Assembly: GCF_006345805.1 (NCBI RefSeq)
Contig: NW_021832327.1
Coordinates: 1-31,524, forward strand
Source: Octopus sinensis
Taxonomy: Eukaryota
DNA: 31,524 nucleotides
Reading direction: 5' to 3'
How positions within the stretch are numbered: position 1 is the stretch's first letter; the number at the start of each line of letters is the position of its first letter. Below the pieces are notes generated by a model. The model was not told the DNA's origin and did no database searches. It saw only the letters and a program-made list of their open reading frames with translations. Made by a program: the position numbers and the translations under genes. Shown here in pieces: positions 9,750 through 20,150 of this stretch.

Positions 9750-9935
9750 TGTGCTTGTCCGCACCACCATTTGACTACCGATGTTGGTTTATTTACGTTC
9801 CATAGCTTAGCGGTTCAGCAAAAGAATAGGTACCAGACTAAAAAAGAAAACAATTGGGGTCGATTTGTTCAACAAAAAGCCCTTTAAGGTGGTGCCCCAG
9901 CATTGCCGCAGTCCAATGACTGAAAGAAATAAAAA
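9750..9935 (+). mobile_element. SINE-B 3' half
   Basis: 'cttagcggttcagcaaaa...ggggtcgatttgttc...ggtgccccagcattgccgcagtccaatgactgaaa' matches 19200-19330. Confidence 0.75.
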
Positions 9936-10590
9936 AAATGTAAAAGATAAAACGATAAAGTAGATAATGGAAAGAAGAAAATAAAAAGGAAAGGAAAAGA
10001 TAGACAAAAATAAAAAGGTAGAAGAGGAGAGAGAAGGAGAAAATGGAAGAAAGAAAAAAAATGGAAGAAGGAAAAAAACATGAAAGAAAGTAAAAAAAAA
10101 GAACTGGAAGTAAAAGAATAAGGAAGACAAATGGAAAAGGAACAGAAAAAAATAATGGCAGACGATGACTGGCAAAACAAGGAGAAAAAAAAGATGAAGA
10201 AAAAAATGGTTTAAGAAAATATATTAAATACTTAGATGTAGAGTGAAAAACCGAAGAAAAAATATAATGGAAGCGAAGCAGACGATAATGTTGTGGTAGC
10301 ATATATGGTGATAGCGGCGGCGCCGGCGGTGGTGGTGGTGGTGGTGGTGGTAGGAGAGATGGTGGTGGAGATTGTGGTGGAGATGGTGGTGGTGGTGTTG
10401 TTGTTGGTGGTGGTGTTTAAACATCGTTGAAGTTTAAGAGAGAGCGCATAGATCCGTTTTCATGTACAGACACACATACAAGCATGCATGCATACAAACA
10501 TGTATGCGTTTGTGTTTGCACATATCATGTCACATATATATGTGTATGTGTGTGTGTGTGCGTGTATATATATATACATATATATGTATG

Positions 10591-10636
<46 letters not shown>

Positions 10637-10670
10637 AATGTATATGTATATGATATATATATATAAAAGG

Positions 10671-10720
<50 letters not shown>

Positions 10721-11070
10721 TACACGTATGCATATGTATGTATGTGTGTCTGAATGTGTGCGTGTGTCTGTATATAAGCAAATATATGTTTGTTTCTACA
10801 CACAAATGTGTAGATATATATACGACAAAACATTTACATACATGCACGTATACACTAACACACGCAGACACACACACACTCAGCTGTGTGGTGTTTATAC
10901 TCCCTAATACTTCTAGACTGTTCTAATTCATTTATAGGGGTATATATGTATATACATTGTTTCATTTCGTACACACTCTTTGCCACCCGCCTTTAAACAC
11001 GCACCAATTTATATATCATTGTGTGCGTGTGTGTGAGTGTCTGTAAGTATGTATATATATGTATATATAT

Positions 11071-11320
11071 GCTGGCATGGCTGTCTGGTAAGAAGCTTGC
11101 TTCCCAACCGTATGGTTCCAGGTTCAGTCCCACTGCGTGGCAGCTTGAGCAAGTGTCTTCTGCAAGAGCCTCGGACCGACCAAAAGAGAGCCAATAACCA
11201 TAATAGCCATAACATCAACAACACCTACACCACTACCACCACTAGCAACAATAAGAACAGCAATAACAACGCCACTGCCGTTACCACCATAGTAAGTGGA
11301 TTTGGTAGACGAAAACTGAC
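11071..11320 (+). mobile_element. SINE-B 5' half, interrupted by a ~105-bp foreign insert
   Basis: 'tggctgtctggtaagaagcttgc...ggttcagtcccactgcgtggcagcttgagcaagtgtcttc...gaccaaa', then the insert, then 'gtggatttggtagacgaaaactga'. Confidence 0.8.
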
Positions 11321-11329
11321 CTTTCTTTC

Positions 11330-11608
11330 TTGGTTCGACTACCACCTGTGCAACATCTATATTCCTCCCTGCGCTTGTCAAAGTATATGTCCCTGCCGTA
11401 AGGCTTTACTTCCACACACGCTAGCTTAATTTAATTCGTCCTTGGTCGAAAGAGACCTGTTATTAATATCCTGTTGTTTGTATTTGTGTACCATTTCTCC
11501 GTTTTTTTCCGTCCTTGTTTTCTTTGTATCGTCTGTCTGTGTGCTTGATTGCCCCTTTTTTTGTATCACCTAACTGTCCGGATGTTTTGCGTTTTTGTCC
11601 CACTTTTG

Positions 11609-11620
<12 letters not shown>
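11330..11620 (+). mobile_element. Unclassified non-repetitive segment ending in (TA)n; possible Penelope-like 3' remnant
   Basis: Lies between the two halves of a SINE-B and ends at (TA)n. A short frame ends ...CPCRKALLPHTLA*. Family assignment is a guess. Confidence 0.3.
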
Positions 11621-11659
<39 letters not shown>

Positions 11660-11935
11660 GGGAATAAATCCAAACTTACAGGGAAAAATTAGATTTAGGA
11701 TTAAATCTAATTTTATAGTATAAATATATTATATTATATTATATTAAATTAGAGATAAAACCACTATTAGGCAAATCAAATAGTGAAAAACATAAGCCAA
11801 TACATAAAATTAATTTAAAAATATAAAAGTTAAAAATTAAAAAATTATTAAAATAATTTAAACTTATAAATTTTAAATATATATATACAAATATATATAT
11901 ATATATTATATATATATATATCAATATATAAATAT

Positions 11936-11982
<47 letters not shown>

Positions 11983-11986
11983 ATGA

Positions 11987-12187
11987 AGTTAATCCAAACA
12001 AGAAAGCACAAAAAAACACAACAACGCGAGGACGTGGAACAAATATAGTATTATTGGACGCTCAGGAAAGAAGGAAAGAAGGAGGTTTAACATTTCGAGC
12101 GGAGCTCTTCGCGGAAATAGGAGAAGGAAAGATCCAGAGAAGGGAAGACAGAGGGAAAAAAATCGCCAACGGTACACACACGGTCAC
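11987..12187 (-). mobile_element. (TA)n-flanked mini element with a degenerate hammerhead-like motif (12084-12118)
   Basis: Minus strand 'tttccgcgaa-gagc(tcc)gctc-gaaa-tgtta', then 'aataatac' and a (TA)n tail; same layout as the elements at 1527 and 1907. Confidence 0.4.
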
Positions 12188-12233
12188 ATATATACATATA
12201 TATGTATGTATATGTATGTATTTGTATATTTTT

Positions 12234-12447
12234 GTGTGTCTGTGTTTGTCCCACCACCATCGCTTGACAAACGGTGTTGGTGTGTTTACACCCCTGTAAC
12301 TTAGCGGTTCGGCAAAAAGCCCGATAGAATAAGTACTAGGCTTATAGAGAATAAGTCCTGGGTCCATTTGTTCGGCTAAAGGCGGTGCTCCAGCATGGAC
12401 GCAGTCAAGCGACTGAAGCAGGTAAAAGAATAAAAGAATAAAAGAAT
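12234..12447 (+). mobile_element. SINE-B 3' half with (TAAAAGAA)n tail
   Basis: Matches 19140-19343. Confidence 0.8.
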
Positions 12448-12717
12448 ATATATATATATATACGCGCGCGCGCATGTATGTATGTGTGTGTGACTGTGGG
12501 AGAATTTGAGGAGAGGACCATTACTGATTGTTAAAGTTACAAAAGATGTATAGACTGTTTGCATTGAAACACGCACACAGACATGCGCTTCTGTACACAC
12601 ACACACATATATGGTGTGTGGTGTGTGCATGTGTGTGTGTGTGTGTGTTTGTGTAGCTATGTGTGTGCATAGACACAGATGCCCTTTCTCATTCTCTCTT
12701 TCCATTTTCCCCACACG

Positions 12718-12754
<37 letters not shown>

Positions 12755-13740
12755 ACATGAACTCTCTCTCTCTAGCTCTGTCTTCCATTCTCAACACACA
12801 TACGCACATACACAGGTAGACATACAGTCATCTCCCTTCCTCTGTATAAACATATTTGTAATATATATATATATATGTATATATATGCATGTATATATAT
12901 GTATGTATATGTATATATATATCTATGTAACAGGCGTACGTCACAGCCACACAATTTTGCGTGTATGTGTACAAGTCTATGTATGTATATGTATATATAT
13001 ATATATAATATATAATATATATATATATATATAGAATGTGTGTGTATATATATACATACCTATATATACGTATATATATGTATATATATATGTATATATA
13101 TATACATACATACATACATACATGCAAACATATATAATAGACATACATACTCAAACTAACCTGTGAAACTTCATTATAGTTAATTTGTACGTATATTTTT
13201 CATATATATATATACATATACATACATACACTGGTATATATATATATATACATATATATATATGTATATATATATGTGTATATATATATGTATATATATA
13301 TGTATGTATATATATATATGTATGTATGTATATATATATATATCTATATATGTATATGTACATATACATCTGTAATTATACACATGTGTGTGCGATACCT
13401 GGAGTGTATAAATAGCGGCAAGAAGTTATAAATGGTGGCAGTTAATTTTAAACTGAAACCACACACAATGTTTTGCTTACACACACACACACACACTCGC
13501 ATACACATACACGCACGCACACAGAGAAACTCATTCACACTCTTACTCACAAATATGTACGCAGAGGCTGGGAAACAGGCGTACGTCACAGCCACACAAT
13601 ATTGCGTGTATGTGTACAAGTCTATGTATGTATATGTATATATATATATATATAGAATGTGTGTGTGTGTATATATATATATATATAATATATATATATA
13701 TAGAATGTGTGTATATATATATATATATATAGAATGCGTG

Positions 13741-13772
<32 letters not shown>

Positions 13773-14890
13773 ATGTGTATATATATATATATATATGTAT
13801 GTGCGCATGCATGTGTATATATGCATATATGTACACACATTACATATACATGTAAGCATTCATATAGATACATGTATATATACCTATACAGAGATATACT
13901 TGCATAAATATACATGCATGTAAATACACGCATATATACATCTCTGCATATGCGTTACCCCACCACACACATATATAAGTGTATATATATATATTTATAT
14001 GTATATGTATGCACACACGCATATATACATCTCTGCGTATGCATTACGCACACACACATATATAGGTATATATAAGTATTTATATGTATATGTTTACACA
14101 CACGTATATATACATACTCATACACACATTCTCTTTCTCTCTCTCTCTCATACACACAAACTTATATACACTCTGGAAATGTAGACCATGTGTTTGTAAA
14201 TATTTATTATATACACACCAGTAAGTGCGACACTCACTAAGTAAACAATAATTTCTTATATATATGCATAGAGGGAAGTGTTGTACTGTTTAATGTCTAC
14301 TGAATATAATCGCATCTATACACACACTGTGGCCTGTAGTTTTATAGATCCAGAAAACTATATGGATCTTCGTCGCTTTCGACGATAGGTTTTATAGCTG
14401 TTTGAGTAATTAAACTCACGTGATTCGATTTAGCACCGTTTAAGTGGTTGACTAATCCGCAGATACTTGAGGAGTGTTAACGTAATTCTCAACTAGAATC
14501 ATTGCAATGTAGGGTGTGACACGGCCGGACCGCTTTGAAGTATACGGGAAGATGGGGAAGTCTTTTTCTGTAGGAAGGTTGGTGGGAAAGATGACTTTCT
14601 CCTTCAGCGCTTCCGTGGTTGTTGATGCTGATGATAATAGTGATGATGACGACGCCATCTTTTGAGTTCGTGTCTTTTTTCCTGAATGCAATGAATAGTT
14701 AAATGAATAAATACCGCCCCTTACGGAGCAGAAATAACCACCAAAAACCTATCAGCAGGTTCTCAGTGATCTTATTATCAGTTTATAAGAAAAATTGATA
14801 ACATATATTTGTACAGATATGACACCGTATAAAGCATAACTTACAATGTTATGTATCTCGCAGCGAACAATAATAATAATAATGATAATT

Positions 14891-16597
14891 GCCTCAGAAA
14901 ATATAAACATCAACTGTGGAATTTTTCAAGGTGACTCACTTTCACCTTTAATATTCTGCATAGCCCTAATACCCCTTACAAGTGAATTAAACAGAACAAG
15001 GTATGGGTATAAAATTGCCAATAAAAAAATAAGCCATCTATTTTATATGGATGACTTAAAACTTTATGGTAAAGACAATAATGAACTTGAAGGCCTATTG
15101 CGCACCGTGAAATCATTCAGTGATGACATCGGGATGGAGTTTGGACTTGAGAAGTGTGCCAAGGCCACTTTCCAGAAAGGGAAAGTGAAGACCACAAATT
15201 CAGTCGTGTTAGATGTTGACACAGTCATAAGAGAGCTTGAGCAAGAACAAAAATACAAATATTTTGGGATAAATGAAGGCTCTGGTATTCAGCATGCAAG
15301 CATGAAAGAGAAAATCAGGAAGGAATGTTATAGGAGAGTTCGTGCAGTCCTGAAATCTGAACTAAATGCACGTAACAAGGTGTTAGCTATAAATTCCCTA
15401 GCAGTTCCAGTTGTTACTTATAGCTACAATGTGTTGAACTGGAATATGAGTGAAGTAAAGAATATAGATAGAAAAATACGCAAGCTGCTGAGTTGTAATA
15501 GGATGCACCACCCAAAGGCAGACGTAGATCGCCTTTACCTTCCCAGAGCCCAAGGAGGTCGAGGCCTGATCCAATTTGAACTAGCTTACAAAACAACCAC
15601 AATTGGACTGGCCAAATATCTCGAAATATCGAATGACTGGATGCTAAAGCTCGTGGAAAATCACGAGAGACGAAAGAAGCTTCATTCTATCATCAAGGAA
15701 AGCAAAAAATTTGCTATTGATCTCGTGCAGGATACCCAAACTGAACAACCCGAGGGAAGTACGGCAACTATTGTTGCAAAGAAGGTGAAAATGATGGCAA
15801 TGAAAAAAGCGCACGAGCAATTGGCTGATAGGTGGGAGGAGAAACCTCTGCACGGCAAATATGTGACCCGCAGCAAACAAGCTGATGTTGACCAGAAGCA
15901 AACCCATCAGTGGCTGCGGAGCTCAGGGCTAAAAGCAGAGAGCGAAGGTTTCATCCTGGCTGCTCAAGACCAAAGCCTATCAACCCGGAACTACCAGGCC
16001 AATGTGATGAAAAATGGAGCAGACCCAAAATGCCGATTCTGCAACGACATGATTGAAACAGTGGACCACCTAATCTCTGGATGTAAAGTCTTAGCACCAG
16101 TGGAGTATAAATTAAGACATGACAGAGTTGGCCAATATCTCCACTGGCTAATAAGTCGGCATTACAATATCAAAACTGCCGACAAGTGGTATAATCACCA
16201 CCCTGAGGCTGTAACTGAAGGAGAAAATGTAACCATTCTGTGGGACTTTCCAGTACATACAGACCGAACCATCAAGGCCAATAAACCAGATATTGTTGTG
16301 AAAGACCAAAACAATAAAGTTTGCTTATTGATCGACATGAGCATCCCCTGTGATCATAATATCTCAGCGAAAGAGTTTGACAAGCTCAGAAAATATAAAG
16401 ACCTACTCATTGAAATTGAGAAAATGTGGCATCTCAAGGCGGTTACAATACCAGTGATCGTAGGAGCACTAGGAATGATCAAGAAGGGAACCGAAAATTA
16501 TATGAGAATGATCCCTGGCTTACCATCCCTGCAAGAAGTGCAAAAGATTGTCTTAACTGGTACATCACACGTATTGAGAAGAGCATTGTCGATGTGA
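14891..16597 (+). CDS. Truncated retrotransposon polyprotein: reverse transcriptase C-terminal half, CCHC zinc knuckle, restriction-like endonuclease
   Basis: Motifs GIFQGDSLSP, HLFYMDDLKLY, FGLEKCA, YKYFG, RLYLPRAQGGRGL, CRFC...ETVDHLISGC...Y..RHD, KPDIVVKD...LID, K..KY..L, PVIVGALG. No internal stops. The track's Met at 14846 is read-through from flanking (TAA)n DNA. Confidence 0.92.
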   Translation, partial: ASENININCGIFQGDSLSPLIFCIALIPLTSELNRTRYGYKIANKKISHLFYMDDLKLYGKDNNELEGLLRTVKSFSDDIGMEFGLEKCAKATFQKGKVKTTNSVVLDVDTVIRELEQEQKYKYFGINEGSGIQHASMKEKIRKECYRRVRAVLKSELNARNKVLAINSLAVPVVTYSYNVLNWNMSEVKNIDRKIRKLLSCNRMHHPKADVDRLYLPRAQGGRGLIQFELAYKTTTIGLAKYLEISNDWMLKLVENHERRKKLHSIIKESKKFAIDLVQDTQTEQPEGSTATIVAKKVKMMAMKKAHEQLADRWEEKPLHGKYVTRSKQADVDQKQTHQWLRSSGLKAESEGFILAAQDQSLSTRNYQANVMKNGADPKCRFCNDMIETVDHLISGCKVLAPVEYKLRHDRVGQYLHWLISRHYNIKTADKWYNHHPEAVTEGENVTILWDFPVHTDRTIKANKPDIVVKDQNNKVCLLIDMSIPCDHNISAKEFDKLRKYKDLLIEIEKMWHLKAVTIPVIVGALGMIKKGTENYMRMIPGLPSLQEVQKIVLTGTSHVLRRALSM

Positions 16598-16766
16598 GAA
16601 CTGTTGCTGCTCATGCATTTTAATTTAACTTAAAAAAAAAAAAAAAAATGAACGAACTACTGAGTTTGGTTTAATGGCCTACCAATATACACTATGAGTT
16701 TCTTTGCCCTAGGAGTTGGGAAGACACTCGGCAAGAAATGAAGAAATTTGAAAGAAGAAAAAAAAG
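14891..16766 (+). mobile_element. 5'-truncated R4/Dong-clade non-LTR retrotransposon inserted in a (TAA)n microsatellite
   Basis: RT plus CCHC plus RLE ORF and a ~170-bp 3' UTR. (TAA)n lies directly before (14870-14890) and after (16767-16880). Boundaries are approximate. Confidence 0.85.
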
Positions 16767-16789
16767 TAATAATAATAATACTAATAATA

Positions 16790-16827
<38 letters not shown>

Positions 16828-16892
16828 TAATATATAATAATAATAATAATAATAATAATGATAATAATAATAATAATAATCACTTCAACTGG

Positions 16893-17092
16893 AGGTACAA
16901 TGGCTCAAATTTGTGGGGAGGGGACTAGTCGATTACATCGATCCCAGTGCGTAACTGGTACTTAATTTATCGACCCCGAAAGGATGAAAGGCAAAGTCGA
17001 CCCCGGCTGAATTTGAACTCCGAACATAAAGACAGTCGAAATACCGCTAAGCATTTCGCTCGGTGTGCTAACGATTCTGCTAGCTCACCGCC
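16893..17092 (-). mobile_element. SINE-A copy between (TAA)n and (AAC/AAT)n
   Basis: Matches 8730-8900 over the head and body. Confidence 0.85.
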
Positions 17093-17133
17093 TTCATAAC
17101 AACAACAACAACAATGATAATAATAATAATAAC

Positions 17134-17218
<85 letters not shown>

Positions 17219-17231
17219 TTTTCCATTTTTT

Positions 17232-17430
17232 CCCACAAGGGCACCTTGGGAGAGGTGGGGACCAGTTGATCACATCGACTCCAATGTTCAACTGGTACTT
17301 ATTTTATCGACCACGAAAGGATGGAAAGGCAAAGTCGATCTCGGCAGAATTTGAACTCAGAACGTAAGGACGGACGAAATACCGCCAAGCAATTTGCCCA
17401 GCGTGCTAACGATTCTGACAGCTTGTCGCC
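17232..17430 (-). mobile_element. SINE-A copy
   Basis: 'aactggtacttattttatcgacc...aaaggcaaagtcgatctcggcagaatttgaactcagaacg...cgtgctaacgattctg'. Confidence 0.85.
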
Positions 17431-17442
17431 ATCACAACTTCA

Positions 17443-17505
<63 letters not shown>

Positions 17506-18030
17506 TAATAATTCTAACATTTCGTTTGTATAATTTAAACATTTTAAGTTTAAATTTCAACATGTTGCATTTTCTCATTTGCGTCGTATTTATTTATTTT
17601 TTTTTTTGCAGCATTGTTTTTTTTTATATTTGTATTTTTGTTTAAAATTCTTTTGTTGCCTAATTATCTGAATATCAATTAAAAAATCAAATGCAATTAA
17701 TTAGTGGTAATTCTGTGTCCTTTTCCAACCCAATCTTGAAAAACAACAACAACAACATGCAATACAACAACAACAACAACAACAACAACAATATCAACAA
17801 CAACAATAAGGACAAAAACACTTAAAGCCTCAGCTGTAGCAACAATAATAATAACCACAGCAACAACAACTCCGATAACAACAACGACAAGAACAATATT
17901 AACGACATAACAGTAACAACAACTACAACAACAACAGCAACAACAACAAGAAGAATCTCGACAACAACAACAACAACAATGATAACAGCAACAACAACAA
18001 TTACGATAGCAACAGTAACAATAACAGTTA

Positions 18031-18359
18031 CTGAGACCCCCTTCGGTCATGACTGACCATGGGATTGAACCTAGGAATACCCTCCTAGGTACGAGTCAGG
18101 GCAAGGTTGTTAATGGAAGACCAGCAGTCGCCCATGCATACCGGCCTCCCCTCTCCACGCCACCAGTGTTATCCAAGGGAAAGGCAAAGGGGCCGATACA
18201 GCTTGGCACCTGTGGGGTCGCAACTCATTTCTACAACTGAGTGAACTGGAGCAACGTGAAATAAAGTGTCTTGCTCAAGAACACAACACGCAGCCCAGTC
18301 CGGGAATTGAACTCACAATCTCACGATCGGCGCTCTAACCACTGAGCCATGCACCTTCA
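18031..18359 (-). mobile_element. SINE-C (tRNA head plus 'gtgttgtgttcttgagcaagacact' central core)
   Basis: The minus-strand head has A box 'tggctcagtgg' and B box 'gttcaattcc'. The core resembles the central domains of the V-/Meta-SINE type (superfamily uncertain). Confidence 0.75.
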
Positions 18360-18519
18360 TGCAAGACTATTCTATACTATTCTATATTACACTATATTAC
18401 ACTTCTCTATGTTATACTATCTGTTACTATACAATACACAGGTCACTTGTGAGGTCCCTCATGAGTGCTACTGGTAACATGGAATCTAATACAACCAATA
18501 GAGATCCTATGGGGCACAT

Positions 18520-18880
18520 GCATCCCTCAAGAAAAGAAGTGCACCCTTGCACTTCTTTTCTTGCTCAAGAACACAACATGCAGCCCGGCCCGGGATTCGA
18601 ACTCACAACCTCACGATCGTTACTTTAAATTCAGACAGATTGAATAAGTATCCGGGCCGGCTACTCGCTTTCCATACATGTAAGAGACCGGGATCACAAC
18701 AGTCCTCCTCACCTCCGCCAGGACGCCTGTTCGCCGTAGGGTCCCTTATCTACAACTGAGTGGGTCGGAGTAACATGGAATGAAGTGTTTTGGCTCAAGA
18801 ACACAACACACTGCACGGTCTGGGAACCGAAACCATGATCTTGCGATCGCGAGCGCACTACCTAACAATCAGGCCACCCA
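18520..18880 (-). mobile_element. Two further SINE-C fragments
   Basis: 'gctcaagaacacaac' at ~18562 and ~18793, each followed by a 'gggattcgaact/gggaaccgaaacc' reverse B box. Confidence 0.7.
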
Positions 18881-18932
18881 CTTCACTCTGTAAGGCTAAA
18901 TTCGATAAAATAAAATACCAGACGCATACAAT

Positions 18933-19343
18933 AGGCGCAGGAGTGGCTGTGTGGTAAGTAGCTTGCTAACCAACCACATGGTTCCGGGTTCAGTCCCACT
19001 GCGTGACATCTTGGGCAAGTGTCTTCTGCTATAGCCCCGGGCCGACCAATGCCTTGTGAGTGGATTTGGTAGACGGAAACTGAAAGCAGCCTGTCGTATA
19101 TATGTATATATATGTATATGTATGTATATGTGTTTGTGTGTCTGTGTTTGTACCCCTAGCATTGCCTGACAACCGATGCTGGTGTGTTTACGTCCCCGTC
19201 ACTTAGCGGTTCGGCAAATAAGTTCCGATAGAATAAGTACTGGGCTTACAAAGAATAAGTCCCGGGGTCGATTTGCTCGACTAAAAGGCGGTGCTCCAGC
19301 ATGGCCGCAGTCAAATGACTGAAACATGTAAGAGTAAAAGAGA
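18933..19343 (+). mobile_element. SINE-B, full length, with internal (TA/TG)n
   Basis: A box 'tggctgtgtgg', B box 'ggttcagtccc', central microsatellite, tail 'gactgaaacatgtaagagtaaaagag'. Confidence 0.9.
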
Positions 19344-19496
19344 GACATTCACTGGAGTCCATAGCACCGACTACGCACATCCCGCCCTCAAATTTCAGAC
19401 CTTGTGTCTTTGTTCGAACCAATTATTTGATTGTTGTTGTTATTATTGTCGCTATTGTAATTAATGTTCCATTTTCTGTACCCACTCCCTCTGCAG

Positions 19497-19626
19497 GCGA
19501 GGACCAATGTCAACAACTCTACCCACAAGGCTACACTGTCGTACAACAATGTCTACAAAGTGTTCTGCACACAGCCTACCATTTTAAACGAAACGAAAAA
19601 CTGAAGATTAATGATGTCCACTGCTG
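19497..19626 (+). CDS. Internal coding exon 3 (phase 1 to 2): (S)EDQCQQLYPQGYTVVQQCLQSVLHTAYHFKRNEKLKINDVHC(W)
   Basis: Acceptor 'ttttctgtacccactccctctgcag|GC', donor 'GCTG|gtaaga'. 130 nt, open, with the same phases and three-Cys layout as exon 1. Confidence 0.85.
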
Positions 19627-19689
19627 GTAAGATGGCACCTTATTTGTCTCCTATTTACTCTCTCTTTCAATTCTGTTACTTACTCCCTT

Positions 19690-20150
19690 TCTGTTTCTCT
19701 CTCTCTCTCTCTCTCTCTTTCTATCTCAGTTCTGTTCCCTACTCTTTCTCAGCTATGTCTCCTACTCTCTCCCAATTCTGTCTCCTACTCCCCCTCAATT
19801 CTCTCTCCCATTTTCTCAATTCTCTCTCTCTCTCAATTCTGTCTCTTACTCTCTCTTAATCTCGTCTTCTACTTTCTCTCCCTTATTCTTTATTCTCTTT
19901 CTTACTTTCTCTCCCTCCTTCTCTTTCCCTCCCTCTCTCTCAATCTTGTCTCCTACCCTCTCTCAATCCTTTCTCCTACTCTCTCTCCCCTTTTCTTAAT
20001 TCTCTTTCTCACTCTTTCTCTCCCCCTCTCTCATTACTCTCTCCTGCCTCTCTTCTATCTCCCACTGTGTCATTCTTTCCGCCTCCCACTCTCTTTTATA
20101 CTACCCACTACCTCTATTTTCCTGTCTCTCACACCCGTCTTTATTTCCTA
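19690..20150 (+). repeat. Polypyrimidine (CT-rich) low-complexity tract, ~450 bp
   Basis: Read directly; degenerate 'ctctctc...aattct...ctcctact' units. Confidence 0.9.

Noticed and set aside
11430-11460. 'ttcgtccttggtcgaaaagag' as a hammerhead
   Set aside because: No CUGANGA-like core could be placed on either strand.
14846-14890. N-terminal MLCISQRTIIIIMI of the 583-aa ORF as a true start or signal peptide
   Set aside because: It is flanking DNA plus the (TAA)n target read in frame with a 5'-truncated RT; the upstream RT domains are missing.
18031-19000. tRNA genes at A-box/B-box motifs
   Set aside because: No complete cloverleaf, and each continues into a shared SINE body, so they are SINE heads.
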